From IMG/VR virus record IMGVR_UViG_3300042566_001780, positions 186,001 through 250,000 of that record: a stretch of 64,000 nt of DNA. One strand, given 5' to 3'. The notes under the pieces were generated by a model, which had not been told where the DNA came from, did not search any database, and saw nothing but the letters and a program-made list of their open reading frames with translations. Below, piece by piece: positions 37,998 to 46,900 of this stretch (position 1 is its first letter; every line of letters begins with the position of its first letter). The translations under genes and the position numbers were made by a program.

Positions 37998-38915
37998 TTA
38001 CGCAGACATTAGTGTATACAAAGTTTTATATACGGTCGAAACTGATGATAATGGAGTCAGTATTACGCGAACAGAAGAACTGAGAATATCTACTTCAACC
38101 GTGAATAATCGATTTCCAGTTATTAGCACAGCATATTCAGTAGCAATTGCTGTCACCGTATCATGAACAACTAGAATTTTGGTGATTTGGCGAGAGGTAC
38201 CTTGTGTACCCTGAATAACAAATTCCCCACTGCCAATAGTAGCTGTAGCAAATGTGGTTAGAACAATAGGCGTTGTACTGGTGGATGTGACTGATGCTGA
38301 ATCGATGTTAGCATTTGCATCTACGTTAATCGACGTAGTATTAATCGTACCAGTGAATGTAGTGCCTGCTACGTTTGCTGGAGTGTATCCGAGTGATGCA
38401 ATAATGTCAGCTGATCCCACAACCGAAGAAGCAGTTACTAATCCCTTGCCGTTCACCGTAATTTTTCTAAATGAATCAGACACTGGTGAAGCGTTTACTG
38501 TTGTTAATGTTAGCACGGCTGTTACGTTAGCTGATCCATTAAATGATACCGTCCATGAAGCATCTCCAGTAGCAGAGATGCTTCTAAAAGTTGTCAGAGT
38601 TGGTGCTGATCCCGTTATACTTATTGGCCAGGTACCGGTAGCATTACCCCCAGTCAAAGCTGCCGCACCAATAGTATTGTATGAAATAACCCTTTGTGTA
38701 GATCCATCAAATGATGTACCAACTGCATCACCAGTACCTGAATTGGTAAATGACAATGTATTAGCAACTTTATCTGCTGTGCCATCCAAATTGCCAATAA
38801 ATGTTGTAGCCGTTACATTTCCGGTAACAATTACGCTAGTATCAATATCTAAAGTGGCAGCTGCAGACTTTAATGTAACATTTGCTAGCCCAGTGTGGTC
38901 TAAATTTATTGCCAT
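37998..38915 (-). CDS. Short fibre/adaptor protein
   Basis: RSISATGDASW..FNGSAN module; C-domain shared with 28533..30602. Confidence 0.7.
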   Translation of the reverse strand: MAINLDHTGLANVTLKSAAATLDIDTSVIVTGNVTATTFIGNLDGTADKVANTLSFTNSGTGDAVGTSFDGSTQRVISYNTIGAAALTGGNATGTWPISITGSAPTLTTFRSISATGDASWTVSFNGSANVTAVLTLTTVNASPVSDSFRKITVNGKGLVTASSVVGSADIIASLGYTPANVAGTTFTGTINTTSINVDANANIDSASVTSTSTTPIVLTTFATATIGSGEFVIQGTQGTSRQITKILVVHDTVTAIATEYAVLITGNRLFTVEVDILSSSVRVILTPLSSVSTVYKTLYTLMSA

Positions 38916-38921
38916 TTTGAA

Positions 38922-41900
38922 TTATCCCTTGACTTCAACTAAGTTAATCTTTGCTACCCACCGAATATTTTTACCATTTTCGCCAGTAACTAATATTCGT
39001 AATGAACCTGCAGTAGTATCTATTGCAACGACTGCTTGCCATGCAGATGTATCTCTTGCTATTATCTGGACATTTGGCGATCCAACAAAAGCAGTACTGC
39101 TGGCCAAGGCATTTCTATCTGCACAACCACTTATTTTCCAAGCAGCAGATTCATTGTCGATATCAGTTCGACGAGCTACTAGATCGATATCGAAAAATAC
39201 TGTGGAGTCAGAGTCAATAGTCACAGTATTTTGAGATGTGATAGCAGATCCGTCAAAAGTTAATTCTGTTTGGACATTTGTTGTAGTAATAGCTCGCGCG
39301 ATGCATAGCATAGATTGAGCATCACCCTGGGAAGAGAAACTTCCAGATGCATAAGCAAAAGCCCCAGTCTTGTTTTTGGTAGTGGATGAATTGCCCAGAG
39401 CAGTAGAATAATTTCCAGATGCAGTGTTATTGAATCCAGCAGAAATTGCATGAGTACCACTTGAAGTATTATTTTCACCACCCAAAATTATTGATTTAGA
39501 TCCAGATGCCACCATAGTAGCCGAAGATCTTGCTACTTGCAAATCAACTGCATTTGCACCACGCTTATTTCCACCAGCACTTGTCGCATCAGCTATGTCA
39601 GTTGCAAAAGAACCTGCACCCTTCGGTCCAATAACTACATCGACATCAGCAAATGCTGTATATGTTGAAGTCAAAGCAGCAATTGGCACTGAAGCGTTGA
39701 TTCCAGTTTCACTTATAGTCTCTTCAAAATAATATAAGTCACTCCCGCCCACATCAATGTCTACCATAGTGGCAGCAGTTATACGGCCTTTAGCATCTAC
39801 AGTAAAAGTTGGTATTTGGGTTGAAGAACCATACGTGCCAATATTGGAGTTGACAGAGGTTAAAGTTAGTGACGATGTTGCATTTGCAGATCCATCAAAT
39901 GTGACTGACCATGAAGCGTCGCCAGTAGCAGATATTGATCTAACAGTCTCTAATTTTGTTGCAGTGGATGCATTACCTGTGAGTGCGCCTGAAATTAATG
40001 GGATAGAAACGACACCGGTAGCACGATCTGCTGATAGCACTGGTCCAATCAATAACCCAGCATTATCATAACGATTGATAACAAAATGATCTGTTATGGC
40101 CGCAGATGAAATATCCCAAACAGATAAGTTGTTTGTTGCTAATATAATCTGGGATTTATTCCCTTCAACGTTAGCTTTATGAATAATTAGATTGGAATTT
40201 CCAGATGCAGTAGAAATCTCTAAACTGCCAGACATCGTATCGCCAGCTTTGTTCACTGGCGTAAATCCTAATGCAGTAGTGATATCAGATGATAAAACTG
40301 TTGAGAGACCAGTCACTAATCCTTTGCCATTTACAGTTATTCTCTTAAATGCATTTGATTCAGGAGAAGAATTCACCGTAGCTAATGTTAGCGCCGCAGA
40401 TACGTTTGCAGTGCCATTAAAATCGACTGTCCACGAAGCATCACCAGTGGCAGTAATTGACCTAGAGGTTTCTAGCTGTGCTGCTTTTGATACAGTACTA
40501 TCAAGATAAGCAATTGTTTTTGTTGTCCATGAAGTTGCTGCAGGTGCAGCATACTTATGATAAATGAGCTGCGATGCTTTACTAAAATAAAGTGAATTCA
40601 TTGATCCGCCAGATGAATCAGTCCATGTAGACAAATCAATCACATCTGCGTATGGGGCATTGTTGTTATCTTCTAATGCCGAGAATCGAACTCGTGCGCC
40701 TTTAGTAAATCCAATTCCTGTACTTGGATTGGACAAATTTCTAACGTCATCAGCTCGTATTGAACCAACTGAAGTACCAGTCAAAAAGTTTGTTTGCGCA
40801 CGTTGTGTAGCATCAGTTAATCCATAACCTGCTATTGTAGTTGGGTTGGTACCACTCGTGACTCTGCCATAAGCATCAGTAGTAACTGAGCGGTAGGAAC
40901 CAGCAGTACCCGCAGTGGCTAAGTCAATAGCATCTGCATTAACCACTATTCTGCCAGAAGTACCAACTGCATCTATTTGGTTGCCAGTTTTTGTTAGACC
41001 TGATCCAGCAATAACTTGTCCAAGGCCATTGAATTGTGTGAAGTTTAATGCTGTGGTACCAATTGCAATTGGATCAGAAGTGGTTAATACCCATCCGCTA
41101 TTTGCATTTTGAGTTCCACCAGTCACAAAAGTATAAAGGCCTGCAGTAACTTCAGCCGAAGCATTTGCATCCAGAGAACGTGTCCATAATCCAGAAGCTA
41201 CTATGTAAATTCCATTCTCAGATGCTGTAGTCTGATTTTTTACCAAGACTCTGTCGCCGGCAACTAATAATATTCCATCTACAGTCTGAATGCCAGACAA
41301 AGTAATATTTGCTGTAGTGGCAACACGCACTGATTGTTTTGTATCTAATCCAGTAATTGCATTGTCAATCGATTGATCAACATATTGCTTGGTAGTAGCA
41401 TGACTAGCAGTTAAAGGTTCAGCAACTGTAACCGGAGAATTAAATTGCCATGAGCCAGTAACACTTGCGGTTGAAGAAACAAATGCTAAATTACCAGCAA
41501 CGGTATTCGTAGAATCAGTTACTGAAAATTCCCATGAATTAATTGAAGGCGTTTTAACTTGTAATTTAGTTATAGAGCCAGCATAATCTGATGGTTGCAA
41601 CTTCAAATAAGGAGTATTTGAAGAAGATGCTCCACTTGTAATAGATTCGGAACCTAATATGGAAATGGTATTACCTTGTAATACCAAAGTACCATTTCCT
41701 GCAGTTGAAGTACCGCCAGTTGCATAGATTTTTGAATCATTACTAACAGAATTTCCACTTGAATGAAAATTGATAGTCGGAGTTCCAATTACTGATAATG
41801 AACCTATGTCAATAGTTGAATCATTATCTGATAATGACATATTGCCAGATAGAGAAATATCGGTTGCACTGAAACTCCCAGTGGCATCTCGTAATACTAT

Positions 41901-43553
41901 TGTATTAGCCGTATTTGTAGATGTAGCATTTGACCCAAGCGTAATTGTATTTGCCGTATCATTATAGGTAGCAGTAATTCCGCCCCCATTCACAAAAACC
42001 GCCCCAACAACATCTTGAACAGATTCAGTAAAATTACTTACTTGGGATGACGTGATGGAAATTGGTGAAGTAGATATTGCAGTCACTAAACCTTTGGCAT
42101 TCACGGTAACAGTCAGGCTGTTTGCCACTCCGCCAAAAGATCCAGTATTTGAGTTGACTGTAGCTAAAGTAATTGGCGAACTCACATTGGCTGATCCGTC
42201 AACTGAAAGTGAAGCTGTTGCATCTCCAGTTAAACTTAGTGTTCTTGCTGTAGACCATTTATCTGCAGTTGCAACATTTCCGGTAGTAGTAGCAATATTG
42301 ACACCGTTGATAGTTGGGGTGAATTTGAAATCAACAATATTGGTAGTTCTTGGAATCGATAATACTAAAGTTTCTGTAGTGCCATTATCTGCCACAGAAA
42401 TTAAATTGAAATTAGAACCAGCATTTGCGCCAGATTCGGCAATGTTATTGACACGCAACACCCATCGTGACAATGTATTTGTGTCAAAAGTAATTTGTCT
42501 ATTTGTTGAAGTAGCTCCGCGAATTCTAAGTTGATTATTAGCCCCGCTTAATGTAGTTACATCACTTGCAGATAATGTCGTAAAAGCACCAGATGAAGCA
42601 GTAGTTGCACCAATTGGCGAATTGTTTATGGTCAATCCAGTAGCAGATCCCCCGGTAATTGTTACAGCATTAGCATCTTGAAATGCCATTGAACCCAAAT
42701 TGACTGTCGTAATAGATGTAGTTCTTCCCTTTGCATCTATAGTGATATTAGGAAAAGATGTTGAGGTGCCATATGTTCCAGCAGTGGCTACAGTAGACAG
42801 TGTCAATATTCCTGCAGCATTTGCAGAACCATCAAAACTAGTTGACCAGGTGGCGTCTCCTGATACGGAAATCGTTCTAGCTGTAGCTAATTTTGTAGCA
42901 GTTGCGGCATTACCAGTAACACTGATCCCATAAGTACCAGTTAATCTTGCAGATGGTACTGTTCCTGATGAGAGATTATCTGCATTCAACGCAGTTACTG
43001 GAATAGTGATGTTGGCAGAACCATTGAAACTTGTAGCCGTGCCAGTAGCAGCTCCAGATAGCGCTATTGTTCTTGCAGTTGCCAGTGTTGCAGCAGTAGT
43101 AGCTGCAATGGATGCGCTATTTGAAACTGCAGTAATTCTACCTTTTGCATCTACAGTAAGAATAGGGATGGCAGATGTAGATCCAAAAGAACCAACATTA
43201 GAATTGACCGTAGCTAATGTGGTAGTAATTGCTGTGGATCCAGAACCAGAAATATCACCGCTAAGTGTAATGTTTTGATTGGCAGTTAAGTAGACATTAG
43301 TGTCTAATACCCAAGTATTAGCACCAGATTTCTTTAAGAATCCAGAAGTACCAGCTAATGCAGCTATAGCATTAAGGTCGGCATCGTATTCCTGAAGCTG
43401 CACCCATCCGCCGTTATAAATAAATAAAGCAGTGAGATCAGTTCTGTAGAATAATTCTCCAAAGCTTGGGATGCTTGGAAAATCTACTCCACCCGCCACA
43501 ACGGCGTTAATAATGCTAGAGCCTTCAATGAGCTTTAAACCATCTGAAAACAT
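38922..43553 (-). CDS. Very large modular fibre protein (1543 aa)
   Basis: Five ARTI..GDA.W..FDGSAN modules; KQSVRVATTANITLSG..DG..LVAGDRVLVKNQ domain. Confidence 0.8.
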   Translation of the reverse strand: MFSDGLKLIEGSSIINAVVAGGVDFPSIPSFGELFYRTDLTALFIYNGGWVQLQEYDADLNAIAALAGTSGFLKKSGANTWVLDTNVYLTANQNITLSGDISGSGSTAITTTLATVNSNVGSFGSTSAIPILTVDAKGRITAVSNSASIAATTAATLATARTIALSGAATGTATSFNGSANITIPVTALNADNLSSGTVPSARLTGTYGISVTGNAATATKLATARTISVSGDATWSTSFDGSANAAGILTLSTVATAGTYGTSTSFPNITIDAKGRTTSITTVNLGSMAFQDANAVTITGGSATGLTINNSPIGATTASSGAFTTLSASDVTTLSGANNQLRIRGATSTNRQITFDTNTLSRWVLRVNNIAESGANAGSNFNLISVADNGTTETLVLSIPRTTNIVDFKFTPTINGVNIATTTGNVATADKWSTARTLSLTGDATASLSVDGSANVSSPITLATVNSNTGSFGGVANSLTVTVNAKGLVTAISTSPISITSSQVSNFTESVQDVVGAVFVNGGGITATYNDTANTITLGSNATSTNTANTIVLRDATGSFSATDISLSGNMSLSDNDSTIDIGSLSVIGTPTINFHSSGNSVSNDSKIYATGGTSTAGNGTLVLQGNTISILGSESITSGASSSNTPYLKLQPSDYAGSITKLQVKTPSINSWEFSVTDSTNTVAGNLAFVSSTASVTGSWQFNSPVTVAEPLTASHATTKQYVDQSIDNAITGLDTKQSVRVATTANITLSGIQTVDGILLVAGDRVLVKNQTTASENGIYIVASGLWTRSLDANASAEVTAGLYTFVTGGTQNANSGWVLTTSDPIAIGTTALNFTQFNGLGQVIAGSGLTKTGNQIDAVGTSGRIVVNADAIDLATAGTAGSYRSVTTDAYGRVTSGTNPTTIAGYGLTDATQRAQTNFLTGTSVGSIRADDVRNLSNPSTGIGFTKGARVRFSALEDNNNAPYADVIDLSTWTDSSGGSMNSLYFSKASQLIYHKYAAPAATSWTTKTIAYLDSTVSKAAQLETSRSITATGDASWTVDFNGTANVSAALTLATVNSSPESNAFKRITVNGKGLVTGLSTVLSSDITTALGFTPVNKAGDTMSGSLEISTASGNSNLIIHKANVEGNKSQIILATNNLSVWDISSAAITDHFVINRYDNAGLLIGPVLSADRATGVVSIPLISGALTGNASTATKLETVRSISATGDASWSVTFDGSANATSSLTLTSVNSNIGTYGSSTQIPTFTVDAKGRITAATMVDIDVGGSDLYYFEETISETGINASVPIAALTSTYTAFADVDVVIGPKGAGSFATDIADATSAGGNKRGANAVDLQVARSSATMVASGSKSIILGGENNTSSGTHAISAGFNNTASGNYSTALGNSSTTKNKTGAFAYASGSFSSQGDAQSMLCIARAITTTNVQTELTFDGSAITSQNTVTIDSDSTVFFDIDLVARRTDIDNESAAWKISGCADRNALASSTAFVGSPNVQIIARDTSAWQAVVAIDTTAGSLRILVTGENGKNIRWVAKINLVEVKG

Positions 43554-43580
43554 ATTGCTAATTCCTTCATCAATCAGTAC

Positions 43581-43588
43581 CTATTTAG
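43581..43588 (-). promoter_or_regulatory. Late-promoter-like box CTAAATAG
   Basis: About 28 bp upstream of 43553. Confidence 0.65.
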
Positions 43589-43601
43589 AAGAAACGTCGT
43601 C

Positions 43602-44486
43602 ATGAAACTTACACTTAAACAATTTCTAACTGAAGGCGGTAAAGCTACTGCTCATTTAGGTACGTCTCGAGCTTCGCAATCTGATATTCAGGAAGCTCTT
43701 AAAGTATTGGCTCCAATAATGGATACAACACCAGATAAGTTGAAAGAGCACATTCTTGGCTCTGGTCGATTGACTTTGGTGGGAAAGCAAAAAGATTCTG
43801 GGGATCTTGATATTGCAGTCATATCTAAAGACCCGGAATCTTTAGTGAGTGACATCTCAAAAGTGGTGAAGTCTGAACCACGAAAGATAGGTTCATCTAC
43901 TTATTCTTTTGCCGTACCTGTACTTGGTTCAAAAAAGATTCAAGTAGACATTATGTTTGTACCAAGTCTTGATTGGGCAGCATTTTCTCACTATGCCTCA
44001 GAAGATTCAAAGCATAAAAGTGGGGTTCGAAATGAACTATTGCATGCTACATTGAAGCATTCTGCAGAACCCGGAAAAGACTTGATATTACGAGATAAAG
44101 ATGGCAACTTGATCGTTCGAGTTAGCCGATCTTACGATTTGATCAATGGTGTCAAACGTGTTTTTAAAATTGCCAAGAAACGTAAAGACGGTAAAGGTCG
44201 CGTCAAAGGACTTGACCACGTAAGCCCTGAAGAAGTTGAGAGCACGCTGAAAGAACTTGGAATAGTTGATCAATTCAGCAAAGAAGCTGACATAATTCTT
44301 GATCCAAAGAGATTTGCAGAAATGTTATTTGGACGCAATACTCAAATAGCAGATCTTGGAAGCACAGAGAGTTTGATAAAACTAATATCTGCCAGAAAAG
44401 ATAAAAATGAAATCTTTAAGGATGCAGTATCTGGAATAAAAGATCGGGGATTTGTTGTCCCCGATGAGTTAAAACAATTTAGTTAA
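43602..44486 (+). CDS. Pol-beta-superfamily nucleotidyltransferase with an MKLTLKQFLTE leader
   Basis: ILGSG...SGDLDIAV and third-carboxylate strand IQVDIMF. Confidence 0.7.
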   Translation: MKLTLKQFLTEGGKATAHLGTSRASQSDIQEALKVLAPIMDTTPDKLKEHILGSGRLTLVGKQKDSGDLDIAVISKDPESLVSDISKVVKSEPRKIGSSTYSFAVPVLGSKKIQVDIMFVPSLDWAAFSHYASEDSKHKSGVRNELLHATLKHSAEPGKDLILRDKDGNLIVRVSRSYDLINGVKRVFKIAKKRKDGKGRVKGLDHVSPEEVESTLKELGIVDQFSKEADIILDPKRFAEMLFGRNTQIADLGSTESLIKLISARKDKNEIFKDAVSGIKDRGFVVPDELKQFS

Positions 44487-44800
44487 GCTGGATCAGGATA
44501 TCGTTCTTTAATTTCCTGAATTTTATCTAACCACTCTTGCATTGTGGCTTCACCTCTTTGTGCCTTAAAAAATAAGGGATCGGCTTCTTTTTTATAAGCA
44601 TGAAATCTTAATGCGTCTATTTGTTCTGACGTTTTAACAGGCGCATAATATACCCAAGAGCTATTTTCCCACTCATATCCTTCACCCGGTTTTAGCGGGA
44701 CTTCAATATATCCACTTGGATATGATGCTAATATTTCAGCAGAAGGTTGATTTGTCGTCTGCCAATAGCCTATACTAGGATGATAAAAACCTTTTTCCAT
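44483..44800 (-). CDS. Tail-fibre assembly chaperone
   Basis: IEVPLKPG...W.W; AYKKEADPLFFKAQRGE...WLDKIQEIKERYP. Confidence 0.75.
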   Translation of the reverse strand: MEKGFYHPSIGYWQTTNQPSAEILASYPSGYIEVPLKPGEGYEWENSSWVYYAPVKTSEQIDALRFHAYKKEADPLFFKAQRGEATMQEWLDKIQEIKERYPDPA

Positions 44801-44818
44801 TAATTGCCTCTTTTAAAA

Positions 44819-46735
44819 TTACCGTAATTCGTGCCAAGCTCTAATTGGGCCATCTGGCAAATTATACCAGTGGTTAGGTGGAACCACGGTAGTAATATGT
44901 TCCCATTCTCCAGAATCACCGTCTGCCTGGTACATGTTAACATAGGTGGTTGTTGAAACCCCGACATAAATATTACCCGATCCACCAACATCAATCCAAA
45001 TATTTAAAGCAATAGTTCTTCCCGTAGTATTCTGATACCACGTTCCTGCAGATCTAGTCACAGCTTGCCAAGTTTGTCCAACCCCCAATGCATTAGCCGC
45101 TGTTCCTGCAGTTAGCGCGTTACCTGCATTAGTGGCATATGTGGCATTTGCACTGTTGCCAGTAATATCTATATCCCAGGTGCCACTTGCTCCGGTGCCG
45201 GTAAGACTAGGAGCACCAATAGTGTTGTAGCTGACTGTTCTTGCAGTATTTCCATTAAAGGTAGTACCACTTGCTACACCAGCTCCGCTATTATTAAATG
45301 TTAACGCTGCACTAGTTTGCGCGGTTATTGTTATGTTAGCACTTCCATTAAAACTTACACCATTAATGGTTCTAGCGTTAGCTAACACGTTTGCAGTATT
45401 AGCGGCGATTGATGTCTGCGTAGATACTGCAGTAATTCTGCCTTTACCGTCAACTGTAATCACCGGGATTGCAGACGCAGATCCAAAAGTCCCATTATTT
45501 GCATTGACTGTTGTCAATGTCAACGTGCCGCTAACGTTTGCTGCCCCGTTAAAGCTGACTGACCAAGCTGCATCACCGGTGGCAGCTATGGTTCTTGCGG
45601 TTGTTAGCTGATTTGCAGTATCGGCAATAGCAGCCGTTGAAATAGGAACTTGTACAACACCAGTTACCCGACCTTTATTGTCGACAGTGAGTTGCGGTAT
45701 CAGCGTAGACGATCCGAAAGTACCAGCATTAGCATTTACGGTGTTCAATACCAAGTCAGAGCTGACATTTTCAGATCCATTAAAATTAACAGACCAAGCA
45801 GCATCACCAGTAGCAGCTATGTTTCTAGCTGTTGCGAGTGAATTTGCTGTAGCTGCAGTGACGGAAGTAGTAGAAACACCGGTAACTCTACCTTTACTAT
45901 CGAGCGTAATGACTGGTATTAAGGATGAAGAACCATATGTACCAGCAGTTGCTACTTCAGCTAGTGTGAGAGCTGAAGAGGCATTTGCTGAGCCGTCGAA
46001 TGTAGTAGACCAAGTACCGTCGCCTGTTATTGAAATCGTTCTTGCTGTAGCAAGTTTAGTGGCATTCGTGGCATTTGTTGCTGTTGATGCAGATGTTGCT
46101 GAACCTACTGCCAGAGTTGATTGAGATGCCCAGGTTGGGGCTCCAGTGCCACCAGATAACAGAACCTGTCCTGATGCTCCGACACCGCTAATTGCATATG
46201 TAGATGCTGCGCTATATACAATTGCTCCTGCAGCAACCGAAGTAGAACCGGTACCGCCCTTTGCAACTGACAGGGTACCACCAATATTAGAAAGATTTAA
46301 GTTCGCCTCAACTACATCTAGAATCGGGTTACCAGAAACACCAGATGGATTCGTAATACTAAGACGAGAAGAACCAGATACCAGGGTTCTAGATGCTGAA
46401 GTACCGACACCGGTTTTGACATAAAAACCAGTTACTGCTTGATTGATTAATGCTGATAATTCTGCATTGACCTGTTGGTAGGCTGAAGCTGGTAATCCAC
46501 CTAGAGTGTCGGCGCCAATTTGGGAGCTGATTGATCTAACCCATCCCAAAGCAGGTTGATCACCAAATCCAGCATTAGCGTCTGGCAGCAAACCAAAGAA
46601 ATACAGACCTGCCGATCCTTCTACCGAGTCTACAGTTTTATAGAACAGTGATCCATCGAAAGTTAAAGCGGGTTCTGGCAGTACAGATCCGTATGGTATA
46701 ATCGCGCCGCCGTTAAAGGTTTTATTTGTCGTCAT
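44819..46735 (-). CDS. Tail fibre / receptor-binding protein
   Basis: Four ARTI-type modules; tip LGVGQTWQAVTRSAGTWYQNTTGRTI...VVPPNHWY; followed by a chaperone. Confidence 0.8.
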   Translation of the reverse strand: MTTNKTFNGGAIIPYGSVLPEPALTFDGSLFYKTVDSVEGSAGLYFFGLLPDANAGFGDQPALGWVRSISSQIGADTLGGLPASAYQQVNAELSALINQAVTGFYVKTGVGTSASRTLVSGSSRLSITNPSGVSGNPILDVVEANLNLSNIGGTLSVAKGGTGSTSVAAGAIVYSAASTYAISGVGASGQVLLSGGTGAPTWASQSTLAVGSATSASTATNATNATKLATARTISITGDGTWSTTFDGSANASSALTLAEVATAGTYGSSSLIPVITLDSKGRVTGVSTTSVTAATANSLATARNIAATGDAAWSVNFNGSENVSSDLVLNTVNANAGTFGSSTLIPQLTVDNKGRVTGVVQVPISTAAIADTANQLTTARTIAATGDAAWSVSFNGAANVSGTLTLTTVNANNGTFGSASAIPVITVDGKGRITAVSTQTSIAANTANVLANARTINGVSFNGSANITITAQTSAALTFNNSGAGVASGTTFNGNTARTVSYNTIGAPSLTGTGASGTWDIDITGNSANATYATNAGNALTAGTAANALGVGQTWQAVTRSAGTWYQNTTGRTIALNIWIDVGGSGNIYVGVSTTTYVNMYQADGDSGEWEHITTVVPPNHWYNLPDGPIRAWHELR

Positions 46736-46779
46736 AGGTCAATCTGCCCTGGTAAGCATTCTAATCGAGGTGTTTCATT

Positions 46780-46787
46780 CTATTTAG
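46780..46787 (-). promoter_or_regulatory. Late-promoter-like box CTAAATAG
   Basis: Head of the minus-strand fibre operon. Confidence 0.65.
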
Positions 46788-46864
46788 CAATTTTTGAAAG
46801 AAAAACCCTAAAGCTAGACATTGTGGTCTGCTCCTAAAATGAAGAACTTCTAGGTATCTGTGCA

Positions 46865-46873
46865 TGTTAAAAT
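46865..46873 (+). promoter_or_regulatory. Extended -10 element TGTTAAAAT
   Basis: Upstream of the AGGAG RBS and ATG 46901. Confidence 0.5.
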
Positions 46874-46900
46874 TGCTTTTTGCACTTACAAGGAGAACCT

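Noticed and set aside
38254-39234. 326-aa plus-strand ORF, and many similar Val/Ala/Pro-rich ORFs across 17-46 kb
   Set aside because: Antisense shadows of Thr/Gly/Ser-rich fibre genes, with no RBS or domain signal.
44800-44994. 64-aa minus-strand ORF
   Set aside because: An out-of-frame overlap with the tip of the 44819..46735 fibre gene; no support as a gene.
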